Shown here: positions 1 to 18,216 of the stretch, one piece after another | Position numbering within the stretch: the first letter of the stretch is position 1 | Layout of the letters: each line of letters begins with the position of its first letter | Source of the DNA: the human T2T-CHM13v2.0 reference genome, Homo sapiens | DNA length: 64,000 nt | NCBI RefSeq assembly: GCF_009914755.1 | Contig: NC_060938.1 | Direction: 5' to 3' (one strand) | Notes under the pieces: generated by a model | The model's database searches: none | The model's input: only the letters and a program-made list of their open reading frames with translations | What the model was told of the DNA's origin: nothing | Position numbers and translations under genes: made by a program

Positions 1-457
1 AGTGTACCCCTAAATGAAAGACAAATAAGCAAAAAATATTCAATATAAGCATTAAAATTTAAAAATGGAAAAAAAATAGTGTAGATTATTTTCCACTTAG
101 GTAATCTTTAGACACATCAATTTGCCCTGTAGCTAAGTTTGTTACAATTTAAATAAAAGTTGTTTGTTCAGTAGGAAAAAACAGAAATTTTCTGGAGAGT
201 TACTATGTCATTAAAGTGCTTTTAAATCCCAAAATAAATATGCGTTAGTATTAATAGTAAACTATAGGGATTGTTTTAACATCTATTTTAAAAATTTGCA
301 AAACTGGAGACATTTTGAGAACAGAATATGTAAGCTGTATTTTAAAATACACAATATAATTAACTTAGCCCTTTATACATTGTTTATATTGTTAGAAATT
401 ATGGGAATCAGGACACAAATTAGTAAGAAAATGACTACAAAAGTAATACAAATCTAA

Positions 458-1122
<665 letters not shown>

Positions 1123-1564
1123 CCTTTAAAGTAAATCTTTAAGTCAGTAAATCAAACATTTCTAATAATAGTCAAGATAATTTAAATAAAATACATGGCA
1201 GAAATAAGTAATTAATAAAAACTCTCTACTTTCCAAACTGGAGAAATTCTTCAAGTCAAAAAAAAAAACACCACAGTCTGACATTTTATTGGTGTAAGCA
1301 CAATTACTGATCTCATACTTATATTTGACTTATAAAAAGTGAAATATATAATATTATCCCCATATTTGGGAACTCCAAAGACTTTCCCAGAACTCTCTCC
1401 ATCTCTAAGACAGCATAATGTGCTCGCACATACATTGATCCCAAAACCAGTGAGTACAAAGTTTAGCACCTCAAGACTTACGTGTGAGTAACCTGAAGCA
1501 TTTCTCAGATACCCAGTGATCAGCAACTGCCTCCAGCCTAATGGTTACCCCGTACAAAGCGGGC

Positions 1565-1752
1565 TCTTTCACTTACTAGATCTTTGACACTGAACAAATC
1601 ATTTAACCTCTCTAAGTCTCAGTTTCTCTGTCTATAATACAGTGATGACTGCAACACAGGGTTATTGCAAGGACTGAAGAAGAAAATGTATATAACATGC
1701 TTACCACAATGCCTAGAATACAGTGAGTGCTCAAAAATGATACCTATTATAA
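1565..1752 (+). mobile_element. MIR SINE
   Basis: MIR core: CAAATCATTTAACCTCTCTAAGTCTCAGTTTC...GTGCTCAAAAATG. Confidence 0.75.
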
Positions 1753-2182
1753 TTGTTCTCTGAAATCAATTTAACTGTAAAATAATTAAAGCCACAGACA
1801 AGGGTGTACAGAGCACCAAAAAGAGAATTAAGAGTTGTATATTCTTTTCTCTACACTGCCACTGTGTGATCTTGGGAAATGAAGCAAACCTCTCCAGCTC
1901 TAGGTTACCTTAACTATAAAATGAGATCCTATAATCGACTCAAGGAACATTTGTCAAGGGCCTACAATACTCCCATAAAGGTCTAAAGGAAAAATCTGTG
2001 GAAACTCACGTCTATATATTTCCCCAGAAGGAAACTGGATTAATGAATAGTCATGTTTCCTTGTACAAACACATCTTTTAACAAAGTGAATTTGATTTTT
2101 AATTTTAAATCATTATGATTTTGTTCATAAAGAGAAATCACCACATCTTATAGGAATTTTTCTAAATGAAAATGACACATAC

Positions 2183-2303
2183 TTAAAACAGTTTTCTTCG
2201 TAGATGACATTCCATATTTTCCAAGCATCTGGTCCCTTGTAACCAGTGTAGCGCTCAGGATTAAGAAGCAAATCTACATATTCAGCTTCAGGGGACTGAA
2301 TGT
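2183..2303 (-). CDS. ERO1A: ERO1A coding exon 7 (aa 170-210; PERYTGY FAD-binding region, Cys208); gene continues beyond window start
   Basis: 121 nt, AC+[39 protein letters not shown]+AA; acceptor TTACAG, donor TAA|GTATG. Confidence 0.98.
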
Positions 2304-2369
2304 CTGTAAAATAAAATGTCTTATTAAACCTTTCTTATCCTCAGTTACCTTAAAAAGCTACTACACAAG

Positions 2370-2870
<501 letters not shown>

Positions 2871-3264
2871 AATTCAATTATCATAAGCTATTCAGACAAA
2901 GAATATAACATACATTTCCCTCCACATTAACCACAGCAGTTCATCAATAACTACAGTAAATGAAGGAGTGTTAGTATTGTACACTGCGTGTTACCAAATA
3001 CTTTCTTCTTAGATGACCACCAGCAGATCCAATCTGGCCAAAAGCAAAAGTTACAATGCAGCATGATTCTGTGTCAACATTATTTATAAAAGGGAAAATT
3101 GGAAGCAACCTAAACATCCAACATCACAGAACAGCCAGAGCATGGGCTCTGGAGCCAGAACACCCAGGCTAGAATCCAGACCCTGTTACTTATTTATCAT
3201 TTATAATGTGTTATAACTTCAAAACAAAAAAGATGGTCGGTCCCAGGGTGGGCACGATGGTTCA

Positions 3265-3579
<315 letters not shown>

Positions 3580-4055
3580 CTATAATAATACTTTATTCAT
3601 ATATAAAGCTTAACAGTATGAGCCAACAAAGAATTAAAAAGTGGACAAAAACGGTCTCAATGCAACCAAAGTCAATAACAAAAATATGAGCACAAAAGTG
3701 CTTAGAGTCCATCAAGCTCTCAACTATACCTATTTTTATTATTAAAAAAAAACCACAAAAACAAAAAAAAACCCTAAGCTTGGTTATTTTTTACTCCAAT
3801 TCACAGTATATTAGAAGCATAAATTAGGGGGAAATTTGCTTCTAGAAGCAGTACAATGACGGCATCTTAAAATAGCAGAGTTCAATGCAGAAGTGGCAAT
3901 TAAAATAACTAGAAAAACAAAATATAAGGACTTAAAAAACAAATTAGCATGGAATCATCTAGTTCAGGAATGGATAACTGTTCATTTCAATTAATACTAA
4001 AGGCAAGTGCCACATATAAATTATAATAAATTCATTTTTTAAACCCTGATGTTTA

Positions 4056-4489
<434 letters not shown>

Positions 4490-4544
4490 TCATAATTCTA
4501 CTTATTATAAATACTTCATTCTTCTTCAAGCTTATAAAAAATAA

Positions 4545-4660
4545 ATATTACTATATTATTATATTACAAATCTTATAATTATACTATAATTATAATTATA
4601 ATTATACAATTATATTTGAAGTAATACTATAATTATATTAAATATTACTATAATTATATT
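4545..4660. repeat. AT-rich low-complexity (TAT/ATA) tract
   Basis: Repeated TACTATAATTATA-type units. Confidence 0.8.
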
Positions 4661-5304
4661 TGTGCCAAGAATTTTTATGATGCGCTGGTTCCTATCACTG
4701 AATAGAACCTGAAGTTTTTCATAGAAAACTAGTCAAACATGTTTTGTAAAATCTAAGAAAAGACATTTAAGAGCCCATTTGGCCCTTATAGGAAAATGCC
4801 AATATCCAGCCCTAGAAGCAGAAAACATGCGTTCTGCAAAACCTATATGATATGCTGTTTTCTATCACTGAATAGAACCTGTTTTTGACAAAAGCTCAAA
4901 TTTCCAATTAGGATTTTAAAAATACTTTCTATATTTCACGTACCATTTACATCCATTATTTATTCCTGCTAAAGCTTTCTTTAAAATATTCAGCTGTTTT
5001 TAACAGAAGACACTAATACAAATGGGCAAGTGATTCACCAAACTCTACCATATAAGAAATGAATCATTGATTCTCACCTGGTGCTGCACATTGTAGTCAC
5101 AAAAGGATGTTAATTAAGGTTAAAATATTACCATCCTTTTTCTAACAGTGGAGGACTAAAAAAAAGTATAGCTGCATACTATAAATTTAGTTTTATCTCA
5201 CAACAATATTTAAGGTAAAAAAAAAATCCTTGTAGAAAAGATGGCAAAATAAGGGAGTTGGGAGAACATCTTATCCCCTTCCTTCACTAGTCCAAATCTT
5301 GATA

Positions 5305-5580
5305 TAGGTCTATACCCCTCATCCAACATGCCTGGGACCATGCGTGTCTCGGCTGGAATGAACTTTCCAGATTTTACAAAGGTAATACAGTACATGCAAC
5401 ATATATCGCATATTACTCCAGCTGGACCTGGGGGAGCAATCTTTATTCAAACACGTAAATATTTCTACAGTGAAACATATACTCACACTAAATGAGCCTC
5501 TGCTAAACGCAGGGGGAGAAATGTTCAGTTTTCAGAGTTTCCAGATTTTAGAATTGGAAATAAGGAATTATAACTAAGTA
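5305..5580. mobile_element. MER46C-like Tigger DNA transposon
   Basis: CCAGATTTTACAAAGGTAATACAG...GTTTTCAGAGTTTCCAGATTTTAGAATTG resembles the MER46C consensus. Confidence 0.65.
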
Positions 5581-6140
5581 TATACCAAAACATGGCTACG
5601 GTTTCCATTAAGGAAAGCAATTTTCCCCAAAAAGAAGCCACAAAATTAAAAATACTTTCTCTTTTATGGAGATTGTAGGCTGCATCTTTGGCTTATAATT
5701 AAAAGAATTTATATCACTGTTTTCACTAATTTTTTGTTGTGTTGTTTTGAGAAAGGGTCTCACTCTGTCCTAGGCTTGGAGTACAGTGGTGCAATCAGAG
5801 CTCACTCCAGCCTCAACCCCCTGGATCAAGCAATCCTCCCACTCCCCGAGTAGCTGGGACTACTGGCACACACCACCAGGCCTGGCTAATTTTTGTATTG
5901 TTTGTAGAGACAGAGTTTTGCCATGTTGCCCAGGCTAGGCTCAGCAATCTTCCCTCCTTGGCCTCCCAAAGTGCTGGGATTATAGGCATAAGCCAACAAG
6001 CCAGGCCCGTTTTCACTAATTTTTGAAAGAGCGTTAGTCCACTAGAAAAGAGCCACAGAAGAATACCAAGACTCAATTTGATTTATTTTTTTTAGTGAAT
6101 TAAGAGGCTAACAATTCAACTTAGAAAAAGGAAATACTAG

Positions 6141-6315
<175 letters not shown>

Positions 6316-6644
6316 TAGCTGGGATTACAGGCATGAACCACTGTGCCACGATCAGAGTTTTAATGAATCTGGGGCTCCTAGCTTTTAACAGCAGCAGCAC
6401 TCTGGCTTAACTTCAGACATCACAGACTCGACTAACGGTTCAATATTCACTTCTCCAAAAGCAACACGGACCATCATTAAGGAATATACATAACAATCCA
6501 ACAGCAATGTAACTGAAGCAGATTTTTGTAATCCCTAAATTTTAGCTATTTATACAAAATGTATATACAAAATTATATAAACCACAAGCTACATAGAACT
6601 GCAAAACTTAAGAGGTACATTTTTTCTAGAAACTGAGTTTTTTT

Positions 6645-7216
6645 AACTGTAATAAAATTGATATAATAAAATTTACAGTTTAACCACATTTAAGTATACA
6701 ATTCAGTGGGATTCATTATATTCACAGTGTTGTGAAACCATCACCACTATCTGTTGCCAGAACTTTTCCAGCACCTCAAACAGAAACTCTGTAACCTTTT
6801 AGCAATAACGCCTACCCACCCCAACCTCTGATAATCTTTAATCTACTTTCTGTCTCCATGAATTTGCCCATTGTTTACATTTCATATAAGTGAAATCATT
6901 TATACTTGTCCTTTGGTGCCTGACCTATTTCACTTAGCATGTTGTCAAGATCCATCCGTGTTGTAGTATGTACCAGAACTTCATTCCTTTTTCTGGCTGA
7001 ATAGTATTCCATTGTGTGTTTTATATACCACATTTTGTTTATCCATTCAAACAGTACTGGACAATTGGGTTGTTACCACCTTTTGGCTATAATGAACATT
7101 GCTTTGCCATCTGTTTGAGTCCCTGTCTTTAATTTTTTTGAGTATATACCTAGAAAAGGAACTGTTATGTCATATGGTAATTCTACGTTTAGGTTTTTGA
7201 AGAACCGCCAAACCGT
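6645..7216 (-). mobile_element. 5'-truncated old L1 (L1MB-like 3' end) with intact TSD
   Basis: L1M 3' UTR sequence flanked by a perfect 18-nt direct repeat TAGAAACTGAGTTTTTTT at 6627-6644 and 7217-7234. Confidence 0.85.
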
Positions 7217-7437
7217 TAGAAACTGAGTTTTTTTCTTTAATAACTTTTTTCTGAGATGGGTCTTACTATGTTGCCCAGTCTGGATTCAAATACCTGGGCT
7301 CCAGTGATTCTCCTGCCTCAGCCTCCAGATAAGCTGGGACTACAGGCACACCACCATGCCCAGATTAAAATAATTAAAAACTTTTTTTTTCTTAGGTATA
7401 ATTTTAAACACAATGCATACTATCAAAAATATTATAC

Positions 7438-7511
7438 CATCAGCTTCACAGAAGTTATCTGAAGAATCATCATGCTTGGTCCACTGAAGAACAGCCTTCT
7501 GTGTTTCCTCA
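7438..7511 (-). CDS. ERO1A: ERO1A coding exon 6 (aa 145-170; Cys166)
   Basis: 74 nt, T+[24 protein letters not shown]+G; acceptor TTTGAAG, donor ATG|GTATA. Confidence 0.97.
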
Positions 7512-7602
7512 CTTCAAACAAAGAAAAAAAATAACATTATTATTTTTAAGTTAATATGTAACATAAAGAAACATGAAATACTGCTGAAAAATAAAATCAA
7601 AC

Positions 7603-7679
7603 CTCAGAGATTCATCCACTGCTCCAAGTCGTTCAGCTTGTTCACATTCTTCAATGAGATTATTGGCTTCTTCAGAATA
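7603..7679 (-). CDS. ERO1A: ERO1A coding exon 5 (aa 120-145; regulatory Cys131)
   Basis: 77 nt, YSEEANNLIEECEQAERLGAVDESL+AG; acceptor TTTTAG, donor GAG|GTTTG. Confidence 0.97.
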
Positions 7680-7893
7680 CTAAAATGAAAAAGGGAATAA
7701 ATAGATAATAACTTATTGCATTTTTAAAACTTGTTTAAAATTTAGAAGTTATCTGAAGCTCTTTTTATTTTTTTTATTTTTCCAATATGTTCTTATTGCT
7801 TTTAATTTTTCATAAAATTGCCCATAATCAGGCCAGGTACGGTGGCTCACGCCTATAATCCCGGCACTGTGGGAGCCCGAGGCAGGTGGATCA

Positions 7894-8200
<307 letters not shown>

Positions 8201-8900
8201 CTAAAGTACATTTCTACAATAAATATTTTAAGACAAAACATCAAATAAGTTGTCTCTATGTTTTCATTATTTTAAATGTTTTGACAAATTTAAAGCCTGG
8301 GTGTGGTGGCTCATGCCTGAAATCCCAGCACTTTGGAAGGCCAAAGTGGAAAGTTTGCTTGAGGCCTGGAATTAAAGACCAGCCTGGGTAATACAGCAAG
8401 ACCCCATCTCTACAAAAAAAAATTTTAATTAGCTGGACATGGTGGCATGTGCCTATAATACTAGCTACTCAGGAAGTTGAGGTGGCAGGATTGCTTGAGC
8501 CCAGGAGTTCGAGGTTACAGTGAACTATATAATCTTACCACTGCATTCCAGCCTGGGCAACAGAGACAGACCCTGTCTCTGACCAAAAAAAAAAAAAAAA
8601 AAAAAAAACAAACAAACAAAAAAAATTTGGTCAAACTTAGATACTATGAAATTGTAATCCTCAATTTCATTACATCTCAGATCAGAATATAAATGTATCC
8701 AATTCAAAGCAGAGTTCTATCAAGAAGATATTCTTGCCACAAATGGAGATACTCCCAAACACATTTATAACATTTCAGAATACAATTTCTGAATCATATT
8801 AAACACCATTTGGACTTTCCTCATTTAATGTGTTTGATTTCTCTCTACTTTTTGTAGGTATAAATTTAAAGGCCTTTGTTTACAAGCTTTGTTATAATGA

Positions 8901-9029
<129 letters not shown>

Positions 9030-10479
9030 TAGGACTACAGGTGCACACTACCATGTATGGCTAATTTTTTAAATTTTTTTAGATACAGGGTTTCACCATG
9101 TTGCCCAGGCTGGTCTTGAACTCCTGGTCTCAAGCAGTCTGTCTGCCTTGGCCTCCAAAAGTGCTGGGATTACAGGCATGAGCCACCACATCTAGCCATT
9201 TTGCCATAATTGCAATTTGCTAAACCTTAACAGCTAAACTTTGTTTCTTCTTTATGCATTCCATTCATTGATACTTATTTTTCACTGATTTAGAACAAAT
9301 TGCAATAAAAACTTAGAGGGTTCATTTATTAAAAACCAATCAATACTACTGAGAAGCTCTTGGGTTGTTTTACAAATTAGTTCTTCGAAGCCTCAAAACA
9401 TTTATAAAATCTGATTGATAATAGACAGCAAAGTAAGTACTATCATACTAAAACCATACCAAAGTAAATTTTTTCAGCATCAGCTTCATCTCAAAAATTT
9501 CACAATCATAACTTAGTATATATATAAATCACATACTAATTTTAACAATTACTCCTTTTTTTTTGAGACAGGATCTGGTTCTGTCACCCAAGCTTAAGTG
9601 CAGTGGCACAGACTTGGCTCATTGCAATCTCTACCTCCAGGACTCAAGCAACCCTCCCACCTCAGCCTCCTGAGTAGCGAGGACTACAGGTGCATGCCAC
9701 ACACTCAGCTTATTACCACTTCTATCTTAACTGGTAAAATATCACAGCTTGTGTGGACACAATTATGAATTATTTGTATATTTTTATTACAAATGCCATT
9801 TGTTTCATAGATTTCTTGATTTATTAAGGACACTGGTTTTTACCCAGAACATTGCTGTTATAAAAATTTATATGTGTACTACCACAAACAAATATTTTAT
9901 CTTCAATTTTGAGCTTTAACTGAATTTACACTAGCATTCACAATAGTGACAAATGTTTTCCTTCAACAGAATGAACTTCCAAAAGTTTTACTTTCAGTCT
10001 ATCGATTAAATGAAATAAATCGAACAATTTTTTTTTCTCTGTCTCCCAAGCTGGAGTGCAGTGACATAATCATAGGTCACTGTAACCTGGACATTGGGGC
10101 TCAGCCTCCTCCTGTCTCAACCTCCTGAGGAGCTAGGACTATGGGCATGCACCACCACACTTGGCTAATTTTTTTTTAGTTTTTATTTGTAGAGATGGGG
10201 TCTCACAATGTTGCCCAGACTGGTCTTGAACTCCAGGCTTCAAGCAATCCTCACATGGTGGCCTCCAAAAGCACTGGGATTACACAGGCATGAGCCACTA
10301 TGTGCCCAGCCTCAAGCAATTTGTTAAATGAAATTATTTTCTATTTGAAATAGTTGATAATGACACCATTTAACTATGTGCAAAGTTCTTCTGCCACTGG
10401 AACCAAGTGAAAAGCTATTAATTCATTCTTTGACTCTGTGTGTGTACAAGAAAACATGGAATTAAAAATGAGCAAAATT

Positions 10480-11292
<813 letters not shown>

Positions 11293-11641
11293 TAATGGGA
11301 AATTTTAATTTAAAAGTTATTTAGTCTAAATGAAAAGTCACATATCACAGAATGATATGTAAATGTACTCTCTGCAGCTGCACGTTAAATTGTTATCTTT
11401 AGACACAGTCTTCTTAAAATAAGTAGTAATAATTGCAATTTGCTAAATCCCCTTTTTTTTTGAGACAGGGTCTCACTCTGTCTCCCAGGCTGGAGTACAG
11501 TGGTGAAATCACAGCTCTCTGTAGCCTCGACCTCCCAGACTCAAGGGATCCTCCCACCTCAGCCACTTGGGCAGCTGGGACTACAGGCACACATCCTCAT
11601 GGCTGGCTAATTTTTGTAGAGATGGGGTTTTGCTATTTTGA

Positions 11642-11797
<156 letters not shown>

Positions 11798-12984
11798 TAA
11801 ACCTTTAAAAGCTGACATTTTTTACAAATTTGTTGCAAAGTAGACACTGAGGCTTTATCAGCAGATTTCTGTGTTTTGATTTTCATATGGCCAGTGTTAT
11901 TTTTATGGCCTTTAGGAATAGTGAATGATGATCTTTTGTGCAAGTTACATATCATGATGAACTATCAGGAGAAATGGAAATTCAATATTTTACTTTTCAT
12001 AAAACATGCACTTCCTTTTTCCTTTTATTTCAGCCAAAAGGATTCATTGCAAAATAAAAAGAGCATTACCAAACCATAAAATAACTACACAGTTATCAAT
12101 TTATCAATAAAGGATAAAACTACCACAGCAAGACTATTCTCTCTATGTAGGATTGCTCGGTTTCTATTTATTTACCATGTAATTTCACAGGTTTCCCATT
12201 AACTAGTCAAAAGGCAGACTGGCAGCTTAGTAATATTGTGGGTATGATACAGGCCACAGCACAAATGGCTACTAAGTCCAAGAGACCAAGAGGGGCAGCA
12301 GTATGCAACACCTTCCCCGTGCTTCCCAAGGCTGTAAGGAGGCAGCTGTCCCTAGTCATTTGTGTCTGAGTGTAATTATTTTTCAGCAAGCACCTAGTAT
12401 ACTGTGCTTGAGACAAAGATTTAGTTTCTTTGCATCTAGAAAATCAGAAGAAGGATACGTTCTTGTTGGTCATCTTTGTATTAAAGTCAGAACTCTATTT
12501 AGCATACACATATCAAATAAGAGAGAAGACAACAGAGGAAGATGGAAATACAAAGTATTTGGCTGAGTGTCGTGGCTCACACCTGTAATCCCAACCCTTT
12601 GAGAGGCCGAGGTGGGTGAACAGCTTGAGTCCAGGAGTTCGAGACCAGCCTGGGCAACATGGTAGAACCCCCCTATCTACCCCAAAAAAAAAAAAAAAAA
12701 GTATTTGTCTACCAATTCCATCCCAACCTATTTTAATGCAACTGTTAATAATATTTTATTTAAAACCAAGAAACTCAGAAAAAATGATAAATCAGAAAGG
12801 ATGTCAGGACAACAGGTATAAGCCAGTTCTGTTCCAGACAAACCCTGGCATATGGTCACTCTATTTACTTCTTGTTGCTTTATAGGGGCTTTGGCCTTTT
12901 CTCAGGAGAAATGGGCACGAAGGAGGATTTTAAACAGAGAAGACAGATAATCTCATGTTTTAAAAAAAATCACTTTGGCTAATG

Positions 12985-14025
<1,041 letters not shown>

Positions 14026-14242
14026 TCACGCCACTGCTCCATCTCAAAAAAATAAATAAAATAAAATACATAAAAAATAAAATGTTAAACAAAAACAAAC
14101 AGAAAGAGAGCCATTCAGCATAAATACCTCTCAAGGGGTTTCACCACTGGAAGCAGATAAATGGGATAGTAGGTACAACGGAAATGGGTTTTTCAAGTTT
14201 TTCATTAAGATACTGGACACATCAATAGGTATACGTACACAC

Positions 14243-14281
14243 CTTGTAGCTCGCAGATTTAATTCCATCAGGAACTTCATC
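14243..14281 (-). CDS. ERO1A: ERO1A coding exon 4 (aa 107-119, 39-nt small exon)
   Basis: DEVPDGIKSASYK; pyrimidine tract plus CAG acceptor, donor AAG|GTGTGT. Confidence 0.97.
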
Positions 14282-14694
14282 CTGAAAAAGAAAAAAATAT
14301 GTTTTTAGTTGGCATTTATTCTATCTTCTTAAAACATATCTTAAATTTCTGTGATTTATGAGAAAAATTCATATAACAAATTATCGAAGTTGGATTTTTT
14401 AACAGAATAGGTAGTATTCATATGATTGCTTAAAAGTAAATAAAAATTCAAGAACAAATTATTCTATGGATTGCTGAGCATACATTATGTATATTACAGC
14501 AAGGAGATGTAAAAATAATCATTTAGCCATTATCCCTTTTGATGTTCAAATTGTCCCGTATTTGGCCACTAGGAGATCCACTGAGTGCTGACTTGATATT
14601 GACACCTGTGTCCTTTTGCTATTACTCCAGTGGTCCTTAGTAGAATTGTTTTTGTTTTCTGTGATGGCCAGATATTCTAGATTCTTGGAACCTA

Positions 14695-15052
14695 GGGGTT
14701 TGGGTCATGGAGACAGATCTCTCATGAACCGCTTGGTGCCATCTCTGAGGTAATGAATTAATCTACTGGTTCTATTATCTAGAAGTAATAAGTTCTATTA
14801 TCTAGAACAAATCTATTAGTTCACTCCATACCTGGCACCTCCTTGCTCTCTTGCTGTCTCTTGCCATGTGATATGACAGCTCCCTTTTTGCCTTCTGCCA
14901 TGATTGTAAGCTTTAGGCCTCACCAGAAGCCAAGCAGACGCTGGCACCATGCTTCTTCCCCCTGCAGAACTGTGAGCCAAATAAGCCTCTTTTCTTTATA
15001 AATTACCCAGTCTCAGGTGTTCCCTCATAGCAATGCAAAATGGACTAACACA
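14695..15052 (+). mobile_element. MST-family (ERVL-MaLR) solo LTR, 3' part
   Basis: GCCTTCTGCCATGATTGTAAGCTT...AGGCCTCACCAGAAGC...TTTATAAATTACCCAGTCTCAGGT...GGACTAACACA. Confidence 0.85.
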
Positions 15053-15213
15053 TTTATGTTACTTTACCAGTCTCTTCCCCATCTCCTCATCTGCTATTCC
15101 ACACTCCCCACAATACTGCCAGTTAACATTCTAACTCTGATCTAATTGTGGCATTTCTCTGCTAAGCTAACATTATCTGTATTTATAAACTAAGAATATT
15201 TTTAGATGGATAA

Positions 15214-15997
<784 letters not shown>

Positions 15998-16721
15998 TCA
16001 GTGCAAATTGATAACTTCCACCTGATTCTTTTATAGCACTTCAATACATTCAAATCAAACAATAAATATATATTTAACATTTCTCAAATGCTAAAATTGG
16101 TTGTTTTCTCTTGGATTTACAATGAAATACATCTCATTCATCAGTCTGTCAACTGATGGAATCAATAAGCTATTATTTTATGCTACAGTATTTTCAGGGT
16201 TTCTGCTCCCTCCAATCTTCTTTTCCAAATGGTGTCCCCTAGTTCTACACTTCATCAATAATAATCAGAAATAATTGGTATCTCAAGATGAGATTTGACT
16301 TTGCAATAACTGCAAAGTATTTGTATTTTCTAATATTAATAAAAAGCTCATTTAATGAACAAGTATAATTAAACGCCTTTATTAAGCATCTACCATATTT
16401 CAGCATTTTTACTAATTCATATAATTAGGATATTGGTAAATGTCCCCAACTAATTTTTTCTATTACTAAATTACAAACGCAAAACTTAGAATACAAAATG
16501 TTTACACTGTTAATATCACTTTAATGATATGCTCATGCTTTAATAGTGACAAGGTGTTTCATAAATTAATCCTTTAATTTTCAATAAGTTGTATCTATAT
16601 GAGGATTAATGTAACAAAAAACATGCTTCTCATTCTCATGGTAAAATGCCCATAAATAGTATATGACATTGGCCTTAATTCCACATGCTAGATAAGTCTG
16701 TGTAACAATATTTACATATGT

Positions 16722-17118
16722 AAAATTAAACCACCCAAAACCACAATACCACTTCACACCTATTAGGATAACTATTATCCAAAAGAATAGAAAGTAAAAG
16801 TATTGTCAAGAATGTGAAGAAACTGGAACTCTTGTACATTGCTGGTAGGAATGTAAAACGGTACAGCCACTGTTGAAGACAGTATGGCAGATCCTCAGAA
16901 AAAAACAAACGGAACTAACACATGATCCAGCAATTCCACTTCTAAGTATATACCCCAAAAAACTAAAGTAGGGACTCAAATAAATATTTGTGCATAGCAG
17001 CATTATTCACAATAGCAAAAAGGTAGAAATAACCCAAAAGTCCATCAACAGGTGACTATATAAACAAAACATAGTATAGGCATACAGTGGAATGTTATTC
17101 AGCATTAAAAAGGAATCG
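16722..17118 (+). mobile_element. L1M fragment (ORF2 end / 3' UTR)
   Basis: CATTGCTGGTAGGAATGTAAAACGGTACAGCCAC...ATGATCCAGCAATTCCACTTCTAAGTATATACCC. Confidence 0.8.
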
Positions 17119-17182
17119 AAGCTGGGCATGGTGGCTCACACCTGTAATCCCAGCACTTTGGGAGGCTGAGGCAGGCAGATCA

Positions 17183-17476
<294 letters not shown>

Positions 17477-18132
17477 TCATTCAAAAATATTTTTAAAACT
17501 CTATTTTCACAGTAGGATACTTCAAATTTTAATGCTCCAAAAATTCCTAAGTAAAACCAGGTGTTTTGTCCACTCACACCCCAGGAAATCCAAGGCAAAA
17601 ACACACCCGAAAAAAGAGGGGGGGAATTTTGTTTATACTTCGATTAATTTCATTTTATTATGCTATATATATAACTTGGTTCAGAAAAGATGTAAGAGGA
17701 AAATCAAATATCAGGCCAAAAGAATTATTATCAATCTCCCTAATAAGTCAAAGGATTATATTAACCACAAAATGTTAATTCTATTATTATGAAGGCAGTG
17801 TAATTCAAAATAGGTTTTATAAGTTTGGGTTTTTAACATATAAATATTGAATGTTATATTTAAACTAAGGACTGCACGATTATTTTAGTTTTATTGGCTG
17901 CCTTTAAAAAGTTGTAATGGGCTGGGTGCAGTGGCTCACACCTGTAATCCCAGCACTCTGGGAGGCTAAGGCAGATGGATTGTTTGAGCCCAGAAATTCA
18001 AGACCAACCTGGGCAACATAGTGAAACCTCATCTCTATTTTTTCAAAAAAAAATTCTTAAATAAAACAAAACAAAAAGTTATAATGAATGAAAAAACATG
18101 TAACAGTTTTTAAATGTATACATGGTTCTTAC

Positions 18133-18216
18133 AGATTGACATGGTTTGACAGCACAGTCCCTTCTTCCACACTGGCTGATGTCATTCCAGAAAGGACACG
18201 GCCTCTTCAGGTTTAC
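18133..18216 (-). CDS. ERO1A: ERO1A coding exon 3 (aa 79-106; Cys85, shuttle Cys94/Cys99, Cys104)
   Basis: 84 nt, [28 protein letters not shown]; acceptor TTACAG, donor TCT|GTAAG. Confidence 0.98.

Noticed and set aside
4685-4711. Possible iron-responsive element (CAGTGA on the minus strand) or C/D-box snoRNA
   Set aside because: No bulged C with a 5-bp upper stem, and it is intronic; the box C/D-like motifs are imperfect, too close together and antisense to the host gene
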